Made by a program: the position numbers and the translations under genes. A model generated the notes under the pieces. The model was not told the origin of the DNA and ran no database searches. It saw nothing but the letters and a program-made list of their open reading frames with translations. Shown here piece by piece: positions 29,218-38,173 of a DNA stretch of 64,000 nucleotides. The number at the start of each line of letters is the position of its first letter. The first letter of the stretch is position 1. The stretch comes from Syntrophales bacterium (lineage in GTDB: Bacteria > Desulfobacterota > Syntrophia > Syntrophales > UBA2210): positions 1,221,255 through 1,285,254 of the forward strand of contig CAXXNF010000001.1 of the NCBI GenBank assembly GCA_963666365.2. The letters run 5' to 3'.

Positions 29218-30618
29218 ATGCACACATTAAGAGCCCGCACCTTGCGGGAACTCAAGAGCACAACAGCCCGCCTTCCCGGCGTCAGGGAAGAGATGCGGAT
29301 CAATCTTATGAAAAGGCTCGCCAGCGGCGAACATCTGTTTCCGGGGCTTATCGGATACGATGACACGGTGATTCCCGGTCTCATCAACGCCCTCTTGTGC
29401 GGCCATAACATCATAATCCTGGGAGAGCGTGGACAGGGGAAAAGCCGGATCATACGGCAGATGATGGATTTTCTTGACGAAGAAATTCCCGTCATAGAAG
29501 GATGCCCCATCAATGACAATCCCTTTGCCCCGATTTGCAGGGACTGCCGAAGGAAGGCCGCCGAGATGGGCGATGATCTTCCCATCGACTACATCCCCCG
29601 TGAACAACGGCTGGTTGAAAAGCTGGCCACTTCCGATGTCAGCACCGCCGATCTGATCGGCGAGGTGGACCCGATTAAAATCGCCGAGGGAAGAACCCTC
29701 GATGATGAAACCTCGATCCACTTCGGCCTTGTCCCTCGGGCGAATCGGGGCATTTTCGCCGTCAACGAACTGCCCGATCTGGCGGAAAAACTGCAAGTGG
29801 CTTTTTTCAACGTCATGGAGGAAGGAGATTTTCAGATCAAGGGATTTCCTGTCAGGCTTCCCCTGGACATTCTGGTGATCGCCACAGCAAATCCCGAGGA
29901 TTACACCAGCCGCGGCCGCATTATCACTCCTCTCAAAGACCGCTTCGATGTGCAGCTTCGCACCCACTACCCGAAAAAACGGGACGAAGAAATCGCCATT
30001 ATGGAGCAGGAGGGGCGCATTCCTGCCCTTGATGGAATTTCCATGCACATGCCCTCCTTTATAAAGGAAATTATTGCAGAAATAACGCTGATGGCGCGTC
30101 ACAGTCCCGAGATAAGTCAGCATTCGGGCGTGAGCTGCCGTGTGTCCATTCGGGCCTTCGAGTCCATTATCGGAAGCGCCGTCGCACGCTGTCTGGAAAC
30201 GGGAGAAACCCGTGCCGTGCCCCGTATCACCGACCTTGAGTCCACATACCCCGCCATGAGAGGAAAGCTGGAACTGGAATATGAGGTGGACGAGGAGAAA
30301 ATAGAACAGATACTGGAAAATTTGAAATCAAGGGCGCTCAAAACCGTCTTTGACGAGCGATTCTCCATTGAAGACCTCTCTTCAGTGGTCAACACCTTTT
30401 CAAACGGGATGTCCGCCGAAGTCTCCCGGTCGCTTCCGTCAAAGGACTACCTCGATGGCTTTTCCGTGATACCCGGTTTGAAACAGGCGGTGGGAAGGGT
30501 TGCCGATCCTGACAGTCACCCCGAAGCGGCCTCTGCCATTGAATTCATTCTTGAAGGACTGCACCTGTCAAACAAGCTCAACCGCGAAATCAAAGAGGGA
30601 AGGGCCGTATACCGATGA
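29218..30618 (+). CDS. AAA+ ATPase, Mg-chelatase ChlI/MoxR-like
   Basis: Walker A GERGQGKS, Walker B IFAVNELPDL, sensor region VIATANPEDY...RF. Stop overlaps the next start (ATGA). Confidence 0.8.
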   Translation: MHTLRARTLRELKSTTARLPGVREEMRINLMKRLASGEHLFPGLIGYDDTVIPGLINALLCGHNIIILGERGQGKSRIIRQMMDFLDEEIPVIEGCPINDNPFAPICRDCRRKAAEMGDDLPIDYIPREQRLVEKLATSDVSTADLIGEVDPIKIAEGRTLDDETSIHFGLVPRANRGIFAVNELPDLAEKLQVAFFNVMEEGDFQIKGFPVRLPLDILVIATANPEDYTSRGRIITPLKDRFDVQLRTHYPKKRDEEIAIMEQEGRIPALDGISMHMPSFIKEIIAEITLMARHSPEISQHSGVSCRVSIRAFESIIGSAVARCLETGETRAVPRITDLESTYPAMRGKLELEYEVDEEKIEQILENLKSRALKTVFDERFSIEDLSSVVNTFSNGMSAEVSRSLPSKDYLDGFSVIPGLKQAVGRVADPDSHPEAASAIEFILEGLHLSNKLNREIKEGRAVYR

Positions 30619-32207
30619 AAAAGTCCTTCGTCTATAAAAAATGGGACGGCATGCAACATCCCTTTGACAGCAGGGAAAAAGAAATCGTCGATGCCTTCAT
30701 GGAGAATATCCTGAAGGGGCTGTCGCCGGAAACATCGATGGCCGGCATGTTCTGGGACGGATTTACTCTCGCCGGCATGGATTTCAGGGTGATGGGGCTC
30801 GAAGAGATGCTGGGCGAGCTGCAGGAGGCACAGGCGCAACTCTTCAACCGGTACAGCCTGGATAAAATATTCGACCGCCCCCTGGAAGATATCAGGACGC
30901 TGCTGGAAAGAGAGAACAGCCTTCGGGAGGAAGAGGAAATGGAAGCGCTCCCTTCATACGGGGAGCTTCCCCGCGGTCTTCTTGAAAAGATTCGCTCTCT
31001 TGCCCAGGTATCCTTTATTGACGAGGAAAGTGAAGCGCTCTTTGAATCATGGCGGTCGCGACAGCAGGAGATCGTCGACCTTTATGAATTTTACGGCGCC
31101 TGGGCGTCGAAATTCACCGGCGATGAATCGCTGGATTTCGATCAGGCAGTGGAACTGATGCGCCGGATGGAAGAACTCACCAGGCTTCAGCGAAAGTTGC
31201 AGATGGGAAGAATCGGTGAAATCGACCAGAAAGATATCCTCAACCTTTTAGGCGAGCATGCCGGCCGGTCCTTCAATATTCTTCTGCAACTTCCCCGCAT
31301 CGTCAACGACGCGGGCATCGCCACCCTCGATCACAAGGGACTCCGCGTGACCCCCCGGGGAATGCGCCGCCTGGGGGAAATGGCCTTTGGCGGGCTGTAC
31401 CGCCACATCAAGAGGGATGGGGCGGGCGACCATCGAGGAAATGCGCCGCTCGGAGGCGAAATCGAACCGGACACGTCACGACCTTATCAATACGGGGATC
31501 GGTTCGACCTTGACATTACAAAGACTGTCATAGAGGCGGTGACGCACCGGAGAGGCGGTCGGGACGGCGTCACACTTGCCCCTCAGGATTTCTACGTGAG
31601 AGAGCGGGAAACCCAGGTGGTGTGCACCACCGTGGTGCTTCTGGATCTTTCCTGGTCCATGGCCTGGGGAGGGCGGTTCGAAGCGGCGAAAAAGGTCGCC
31701 CTGGCGCTGGACCACTACATAAGAACCAGATTCCCCAATGATCGCCTTCACATTATCGGGTTCTCCACCCTGGCGCGTGAGTTGAGAGGCCGGGACCTTG
31801 CCCTGGCTGTCTGGGACAGTGAACGTCCCTTCACAAATCTGCAGGACGGGCTTCGCCTTGCCATGAAAGTGATAAAAAAAAGCGGGGCGCGAAACAACAG
31901 GGTCATTGTCATTACCGATGGACAGCCGACCGCCTATTTCCGGGGGCCTCATCTCCATGTGGAACTGCCCAACGACAGCCTGGGCATAAGCCCCAGCGCC
32001 TGTAAAGCGACTCTGACGGAGATACGAAAGGTCACCGCCCAGGGGATGCACATCGATACCTTCATGCTCGACACCAACCCGGCCTTAGTTGAATTTACGA
32101 GGGAACTTTCACGATTGAACGGCGGAAAGGCCGTCATATGCAGACCCGATACATTGGGAGAACTGATCCTGGTGGAGGAGATTCGACGACGGCGGGGCAG
32201 AATATAA
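30615..32207 (+). CDS. VWA-domain protein (partner of the AAA+ ATPase)
   Basis: C-terminal VWA with a MIDAS-like VVLLDLSWSM...ITDGQPT. Confidence 0.8.
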   Translation: MKKSFVYKKWDGMQHPFDSREKEIVDAFMENILKGLSPETSMAGMFWDGFTLAGMDFRVMGLEEMLGELQEAQAQLFNRYSLDKIFDRPLEDIRTLLERENSLREEEEMEALPSYGELPRGLLEKIRSLAQVSFIDEESEALFESWRSRQQEIVDLYEFYGAWASKFTGDESLDFDQAVELMRRMEELTRLQRKLQMGRIGEIDQKDILNLLGEHAGRSFNILLQLPRIVNDAGIATLDHKGLRVTPRGMRRLGEMAFGGLYRHIKRDGAGDHRGNAPLGGEIEPDTSRPYQYGDRFDLDITKTVIEAVTHRRGGRDGVTLAPQDFYVRERETQVVCTTVVLLDLSWSMAWGGRFEAAKKVALALDHYIRTRFPNDRLHIIGFSTLARELRGRDLALAVWDSERPFTNLQDGLRLAMKVIKKSGARNNRVIVITDGQPTAYFRGPHLHVELPNDSLGISPSACKATLTEIRKVTAQGMHIDTFMLDTNPALVEFTRELSRLNGGKAVICRPDTLGELILVEEIRRRRGRI

Positions 32208-32220
32208 CAAGGAGACGCAT

Positions 32221-32799
32221 ATGAACATTCTGGGAATTGTCTGCAGTCCCCGAAAGGGGGGCAATACGGAGATACTGGTCCGGGAGGCCCTGGAGGCAGC
32301 CCGTGGATCGGGAAGTGAAACGGAGCTCTTTCTGGTGGCCGGCACACACATTACCCCCTGCGACGGATGCGACGCCTGTATGAAAACCGGCCTTTGCGTC
32401 ATCGATGACGACATGACGCCGCTCTATCGCCTCCTCGAAGCGGCCGACGGCATTATATTCGGCACACCCGCCTATTTTATTAACGTGAGCGCTCAGGCGA
32501 AGGCCATTATCGACCGCACCTACTGCATGCTCCGGTCCGGGGCACTTAGAGGCAAATCAGCCGCCGCCCTCGTGGCCACGCGCAGAATCGGCGGCGGTCA
32601 AATCCTGAGTCTTTTGTACAGCTATTTTGCCGTGCAGGGCATGTTCATCGCCGGCGGGGGAATCGGCTATGGTCGGGAAAAGGGAGAAGTACGCACCGGC
32701 CCCGGAGGAGCGCCCGTCTTTACCGCTCTCGAAGAGGCTCAGGCGGTGGGAAGAAGGATGGTGAAAACCATTCGGAAGCTCTCCGGTTCACCCCAGTAG
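32221..32799 (+). CDS. NADPH-dependent FMN reductase / iron-sulfur flavoprotein-like
   Basis: AAGGAG RBS. ILGIVCSPRKGGNTE flavodoxin-like phosphate loop and a CDGCDAC motif. Confidence 0.8.
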   Translation: MNILGIVCSPRKGGNTEILVREALEAARGSGSETELFLVAGTHITPCDGCDACMKTGLCVIDDDMTPLYRLLEAADGIIFGTPAYFINVSAQAKAIIDRTYCMLRSGALRGKSAAALVATRRIGGGQILSLLYSYFAVQGMFIAGGGIGYGREKGEVRTGPGGAPVFTALEEAQAVGRRMVKTIRKLSGSPQ

Positions 32800-32819
32800 C
32801 GAGGAAAGGAGCATTGCTC

Positions 32820-33821
32820 ATGGCCGTATCGTATAAAACGCTGGGATTCGTCAATACCCGCCCCATGTTCAAAAGAGCGCTGAAGGGCGGTTTCGCCATT
32901 CCGGCGTACAACTTCAACACCATGGAACAGCTTCAGGCAATCGTCATCGCCTGCCTCGAAACCCAGTCACCGGTAATTTTACAGGTATCGAAGGGCGCGC
33001 GGGAGTATGCCGACGCGACACTTCTTCGCTATCTGGGACAGGGCGCCGTGGCGATGATGCGGCAGCGGGCGGCCGACAGCGCTGCCGGCGAGATCCCCAT
33101 GGCGTTGCACCTCGATCACGGCGATTCTTATGAACTCTGCGTTTCCTGCATAGAACAGGGGTTTTCATCGGTCATGATCGACGGCTCTTTCCTCCCCTAT
33201 GAAAAAAATATTGCCCTCACCAGAAAAGTCGTCGACTATGCCCGTCAATTCGATGTCACCGTTGAAGGCGAACTGGGGGTTCTCAAGGGCATTGAAGATG
33301 ATGTGCAGGCGGAGGAACACGCCTACACCCGCCCCGAAGAGGTGCAGGATTTTGTCGAACGAACCGGCGTCGATTCCCTGGCGATTTCGATCGGCACATC
33401 CCACGGCGCCTATAAATTCACCAAGAAGCAGAATCCATTGCTCCGATTGGATATCCTTGAAGAAGTCCAGCGCAAGATCCCCGACTTTCCCATTGTACTT
33501 CATGGATCATCATCGATTCCGCAGGACGCCGTCGACACTATCAACCGCTACGGAGGCTCGCTGAAAGACGCCATCGGGATTCCGGAGGAGCAGCTGCGCG
33601 AGGCAGCCCGCTCCTCCGTGTGCAAGATTAACATTGATTCAGACGGCCGCCTTGTCATGACGGCGGCGATTCGCAAAGTGCTGTCCGCCGCTCCGGAGGA
33701 ATTCGATCCGCGCAAATATCTCGGACCGGCGCGTGAGGCATTGAAGAAACTCTACGCCCGGAAGAATATCGCTGTTCTGGGAAGCGCATCGAAGGCTCCC
33801 GAGATCATGGCGCTCATCTAA
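32820..33821 (+). CDS. fba: class II fructose-bisphosphate aldolase
   Basis: AIPAYNFNTMEQ..., LHLDHG, SVMIDGS, GTSHGAYKF, LHGSS motifs. ATG follows AAGGAG. Confidence 0.9.
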   Translation: MAVSYKTLGFVNTRPMFKRALKGGFAIPAYNFNTMEQLQAIVIACLETQSPVILQVSKGAREYADATLLRYLGQGAVAMMRQRAADSAAGEIPMALHLDHGDSYELCVSCIEQGFSSVMIDGSFLPYEKNIALTRKVVDYARQFDVTVEGELGVLKGIEDDVQAEEHAYTRPEEVQDFVERTGVDSLAISIGTSHGAYKFTKKQNPLLRLDILEEVQRKIPDFPIVLHGSSSIPQDAVDTINRYGGSLKDAIGIPEEQLREAARSSVCKINIDSDGRLVMTAAIRKVLSAAPEEFDPRKYLGPAREALKKLYARKNIAVLGSASKAPEIMALI

Positions 33822-33836
33822 CCGGGGCAGTCGGGG

Positions 33837-34670
33837 CTATTCCCCCCGCAGGTAGGCGGGAAGGTCTTTTTCTTCCATGCCCTGGAAACTGCAGAGAAGG
33901 GGACAGGTCTTGCAGGGCTCCTTCACCGCCCTCAGTGGCGGCTCCCCTTTTATGCCTTCGATAAAATCGACGCATTCGTTCACGTCCCCGTCGTTGCCGT
34001 CGATTATAATGGTCACGGACCCTTCAGCGCCCCCGTATCCCCCCGATGCAAAGTGAACGGCGTCCACGTCGAAGAGATCCTCCAGTGCGTCAAGTTCGGT
34101 ATAGACAATCCCGTCGGCAACGCATACCATGCCCACCCTGGCGCCGATGCTCCGTTCGATGGCAAAAATACCGCCCATCCGCGAGGCCTCTTCCACCGAT
34201 GGTATCATTTTTTCTAGTCCCACGGGGTAGACGATCATGCCCCCCCGCGCCTGCATTGCCAGATAAAACTCACCCATGGTGCCCCCGACGGGACTTGCCA
34301 TAAAGACGCCGACCTTCCCCGTGTGATCCATTGCATTGACCCCTTTGAGAAGAATATCCCCTGGTCCCAGTTTGTCCAGCACCGACGAGGGCTCCACCTC
34401 GAGAATTTTACCCTTGTGGAAGGTAACCGGCTGGAGCCGCACCCCCTGGACCAGCGCGCAGAGGACCCCCCTGATTACCTGGCCGGCGACATATTTTTCC
34501 TTTTCAATCGTCTTTTCCAAAAGCTCTTCAGCGATGTAGGCATTGGTGGACCCGCGCCCCACAATCAGATACCCCTCGTTCATCGCTTCCTGAACTTCGG
34601 GCATCGCAGCCACCGCCTTGGCAATAAGTCGTTTTGATTCCGAAGACGTCAATGTAAACAGGGCCTGCAT
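33837..34670 (-). CDS. hypothetical protein with C-terminal CxxCxxxC
   Basis: AAGGAGG RBS. 277-aa non-repetitive ORF with a CKTCPLLC motif near the C-terminus. No family recognised. Confidence 0.6.
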   Translation of the reverse strand: MQALFTLTSSESKRLIAKAVAAMPEVQEAMNEGYLIVGRGSTNAYIAEELLEKTIEKEKYVAGQVIRGVLCALVQGVRLQPVTFHKGKILEVEPSSVLDKLGPGDILLKGVNAMDHTGKVGVFMASPVGGTMGEFYLAMQARGGMIVYPVGLEKMIPSVEEASRMGGIFAIERSIGARVGMVCVADGIVYTELDALEDLFDVDAVHFASGGYGGAEGSVTIIIDGNDGDVNECVDFIEGIKGEPPLRAVKEPCKTCPLLCSFQGMEEKDLPAYLRGE

Positions 34671-35012
34671 AGCATAACCTCCTTTTCACTGTTGTTGGCG
34701 GGACGGACAGTCCCGTCACCCCCGATATTTTCACTGCAGCCGTGTGGAAAACTCCTGTAGGTCCGGCAGGACAGTAATTATGACGCCACCGTAAAAAGAC
34801 CCATTCCCCTCCCCCGGGGGGAGGGGATGAAGGGAGGGAAATCTTAAGCGCTCGTAATAACCTCACCCCAGCACTCTCCTCTCAAGGGAGAAGGTGATAT
34901 CCGGCTTTTTACAGGATCGTCAATTATAACGGATGTCACTATACCACCTTTTATTCCCTTTACGCAAAAGACTATCGAAGCACTTGCAATGAAATTCTGA
35001 AGAGGGTACAAG

Positions 35013-35675
35013 GTGGGCAAGCACAGTTCGGTGAAAGGCAGGAGGAACGGTTTATTGAGATTGACACTGGTGCGGCACGGACAAACACCATGGAATCGAG
35101 AACAGAGGGTGCAGGGAATCAGCGATATATCCCTGAGCAACCGGGGACTGGCACAGGCGAACAATCTTGCGCTGGCCTTAAAAAATGAGCGGATTGCAAC
35201 CATCCTTTCAAGTCCCTTGCGGCGCGCGCTGCAAACCGCCGAGGCAATCAACCGTTTTCACGGTCTCGCCATAGAAAGGGATCAGAACCTGATGGAGCTC
35301 GACCAGGGGGATTTCGAGGGACAGACCTTCCCGGAAATTATGAAAACCCATAAAGCGTTCCTCCAACGCTGGGCTGCCGACCCTGCATCGGTGATCATGC
35401 CGAACGGCGAATCACTGGAGCAGCTTCAAAGGAGGGCATGGACTGCGGTGGAACGCATTCTCGCAACAGAAACACACCACGCGGTCCTCGTCTCGCACAA
35501 TTTCACCATTATGACCATCCTCTGCAAAATTCAGGACCTGAGCCTTCGCCATGTCAGGAAGGTCCATGTGGATGTGGCGTCGCGAACGACCGTGCAATTC
35601 AAGGAGGGGAGGGGGGAAATCATCCTCTTTAACGATGTGTCACACCTGAAAGGATCTGAACAGGTTAAGGATTAG
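35013..35675 (+). CDS. histidine phosphatase family (PGM/CobC-like)
   Basis: LTLVRHGQTPWN catalytic RHG motif and a later VSHN. The start is uncertain (GTG 35013 or a downstream TTG). Confidence 0.8.
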   Translation: MGKHSSVKGRRNGLLRLTLVRHGQTPWNREQRVQGISDISLSNRGLAQANNLALALKNERIATILSSPLRRALQTAEAINRFHGLAIERDQNLMELDQGDFEGQTFPEIMKTHKAFLQRWAADPASVIMPNGESLEQLQRRAWTAVERILATETHHAVLVSHNFTIMTILCKIQDLSLRHVRKVHVDVASRTTVQFKEGRGEIILFNDVSHLKGSEQVKD

Positions 35676-35690
35676 CCGGTTTGATCAACC

Positions 35691-36911
35691 TCAGAGCATT
35701 ACCTCCAGCACGGAATCGATGCGTCGAAGGGCGGCGGCAACAGCCGCCGCCTCTCCCTGAGAAAGACCTTCGACAGTCTCCTCTGATACAAGTTCAACAA
35801 TTCCATCAAAGGCCTTTCGGACGTTCAAGTCGTTATCCATGGCCTCGGTGAATACTTCCGTCATCTCGTCGGCAAGGGGAGACAGCTGCGCCTTTTGTAG
35901 GGCGGCGCCCTTTTTCGCAAGCTTCCCCATCACCGACCGGAACCGGCGAAGCAGGCATGCCTTTTCCTTCATGATTGTTTTCGAATAATTGAGGTTCTCC
36001 CGATAGTGTCCGTAAATCAGGAAAAAACGAATTTCTTCCGCGCTGAAACCCTCATCAAGAAGGGTATCAGTGTAATATACATTCCCCAGGCTTTTGGACA
36101 TTTTTTTCCCCTCCACAAAGAGATGACGGCAATGCATCCAATAGCGGGCCATGGGATAGGGCCGTATCGATTCAAGAACAGCCATCGTATAGTCATGATG
36201 GCGGATAAGATTGTCAACGCCGCCGCAATAAATCGACAGAGGCTCTTCGATATAATGCCTGAGCACGCTGGCATCCTGAATGTTCCATGAGGGCCTCCCC
36301 GGACCGAGAGAACTGTCCCAGCAGACCTCGCCAAGGTCTGCACATCCGTGCCAGAGTATGAAATCACCCCGGTTCCAACGCATGCCGGGATAGGTGTCTT
36401 TGTGGAAACGACGTCTCTTCTTCGGCCATGTGCGCATATCGAGGCCGTAGAGTGTTCCAAAAAATGGATATTTCAGGGGGTCGAAATAAATATTTTCACG
36501 GTGCCGATAGGCAATTCCCCGGGCAAGCAGCTCTTCGATGATCGCAACTGCGTCGTCCACCGCTTCGGAAGCCCGTCCCAGATAATCGGGAATTGTCATT
36601 TTGAGCAGGTGCATTTCTTTTAAGAAGGTTTCAATATTCATCTCCGTCAGAAACTTCACATCGGTTCCTCTTTTTTCGGCTTCGGCGATCGCCTTGTCTT
36701 CCACGTCGGTAAAGATGATCCCGCGCCGCACCCGGTACCCAAGAAAACGAAGGTACCGCACAAGAATATCCTCAAAAAGAAAGGTGCGATGATTCCCTAT
36801 ATGAGCCCGCTGGTACACGGAGGGTCCGCAGGTGAAGATATTGACAACATTCGAATTCATCGGGGTGAACTTTTCCATCTTCCGTCCGAAGGTATTGAAG
36901 AGTTGAAACAT
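35691..36911 (-). CDS. cysteinyl-tRNA-synthetase-like class I ligase, truncated and with altered zinc site
   Basis: Collinear with E. coli CysRS: FTCGPSVY..HIGN, GRPSWNIQDAS, RHHDYT, KMSKSLGN, AMDNDLN. About 406 aa versus 461 aa. See the finding for this locus. Confidence 0.8.
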   Translation of the reverse strand: MFQLFNTFGRKMEKFTPMNSNVVNIFTCGPSVYQRAHIGNHRTFLFEDILVRYLRFLGYRVRRGIIFTDVEDKAIAEAEKRGTDVKFLTEMNIETFLKEMHLLKMTIPDYLGRASEAVDDAVAIIEELLARGIAYRHRENIYFDPLKYPFFGTLYGLDMRTWPKKRRRFHKDTYPGMRWNRGDFILWHGCADLGEVCWDSSLGPGRPSWNIQDASVLRHYIEEPLSIYCGGVDNLIRHHDYTMAVLESIRPYPMARYWMHCRHLFVEGKKMSKSLGNVYYTDTLLDEGFSAEEIRFFLIYGHYRENLNYSKTIMKEKACLLRRFRSVMGKLAKKGAALQKAQLSPLADEMTEVFTEAMDNDLNVRKAFDGIVELVSEETVEGLSQGEAAAVAAALRRIDSVLEVML

Positions 36912-37126
36912 TGCACAATCTCCCATCAATTGGTTTCTCTGTTGTATCATTACCACTGCAGTTACATAACATCAAGGTCATGAACTCAGCAGGAATCGCA
37001 CCACGCTCTTGACATGACCAAAGGAAAGATGCATTATTCGTGAGGCTTACAGGCAGTCGTCACAATGCCGTTCCGACGCCGGGTCCGTGAGCCCGGGCCT
37101 ATGCTCATAGCTGAAAGGAAAGAACC

Positions 37127-38173
37127 GTGAAAGAAACCGAATCACAGCGCGGGACCTTGGCGGGTGCGCTTTTCCCCGAAGGCATCCCCCGACTCTGGTG
37201 CCCCCTTCTCACGCACTACCGGGAAGACGGAACCATCGATATCGATCGCATGATTGCCCACATGCACCAAATTTCCCCCGATGTGGAAGGGTTTCTCATC
37301 CCGGGGTCCACCGGTGACGGATGGAGGCTCGATGACGAACAGTCCCTCATACTGGTCGATTGTGCCGTATCGATGGCCCGCCGCACGGGAAGTCACCTTC
37401 TTTTAGGCGTGCTGAGGCCGGATGCCCGAAGCATGACGGCTCTGATCGATTCAATGCTGCGTTTCCTCAAGAAAAAAACGGGAATCGAAGCTGACATGGA
37501 CTGCCTTATCGCTGCTCATGTCAGCGGATTTACCGTCTGCCCCCCCTCAGGCCGGGGCGACGATCAGGAGGCAATCTATGACGAACTTGCCGCGGTGGCC
37601 GATACGGCGCTGCCCCTGGCGCTTTATAACATTCCCTTTATTACGAAAAGCGAACTGGCGCCGGCCGCATTTCAAAGACTGGTGGCACGCTACTACAATA
37701 TTTTCCTTTTCAAAGATTCCAGCGGGAAGGACCTGATCGCACATGCATCTGTCGATCATGGCGGCGTCTTCCTTTTCAGGGGCGCCGAGGGAAATTACGC
37801 CGACGCACTGAAAGATAACGGCGGCGCCTACGACGGACTCCTCCTCAGCACGGCAAACTGCTTCGCCGGAGAACTTGCCGCGATTATCGACTACGTGGAG
37901 CGCGGCGCATTTCCCGCCGCCGCACATCTTTCAGATGCCATTACCCATGTCCTGACCGAGGTCAACCGGCTTACGGCGCCCCTTCACAGCGGCAATCTTT
38001 TTGCGGCCACCATGAAGGCGATAGACCATTTTTACGCCTTCGGTCCCGGCGCCGTTCGTAAAAAGGGCCCGCTCCTCTATGGCGGCCTGCGCATACCGGA
38101 AGGGGTAATCAGAACTACGGGTGAACTGCTGCGTCAATTCGATCTTATGCCGGCGCGGGGATACACCGCCTAA
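37127..38173 (+). CDS. dihydrodipicolinate synthase/N-acetylneuraminate lyase family (class I aldolase) protein
   Basis: GFLIPGSTGDGWRLDDEQ (compare GTTGE) and FLFKDSSG (Schiff-base Lys position). GTG start. Confidence 0.65.
   Translation: MKETESQRGTLAGALFPEGIPRLWCPLLTHYREDGTIDIDRMIAHMHQISPDVEGFLIPGSTGDGWRLDDEQSLILVDCAVSMARRTGSHLLLGVLRPDARSMTALIDSMLRFLKKKTGIEADMDCLIAAHVSGFTVCPPSGRGDDQEAIYDELAAVADTALPLALYNIPFITKSELAPAAFQRLVARYYNIFLFKDSSGKDLIAHASVDHGGVFLFRGAEGNYADALKDNGGAYDGLLLSTANCFAGELAAIIDYVERGAFPAAAHLSDAITHVLTEVNRLTAPLHSGNLFAATMKAIDHFYAFGPGAVRKKGPLLYGGLRIPEGVIRTTGELLRQFDLMPARGYTA

Noticed and set aside
34671-35012. Cobalamin riboswitch upstream of the CobC-like histidine phosphatase
   Set aside because: AAGGGAGAAGGTGATATCCGG loosely resembles the GGGAA...GGTGAAAATCC core. 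I could not find the B12 box or the CCCGCCACTG-type elements. The region looks more like REP-type palindromes (CCCCTCCCCCGGGGGGAGGGG at 34806..34826). An Infernal or Rfam scan would settle it.
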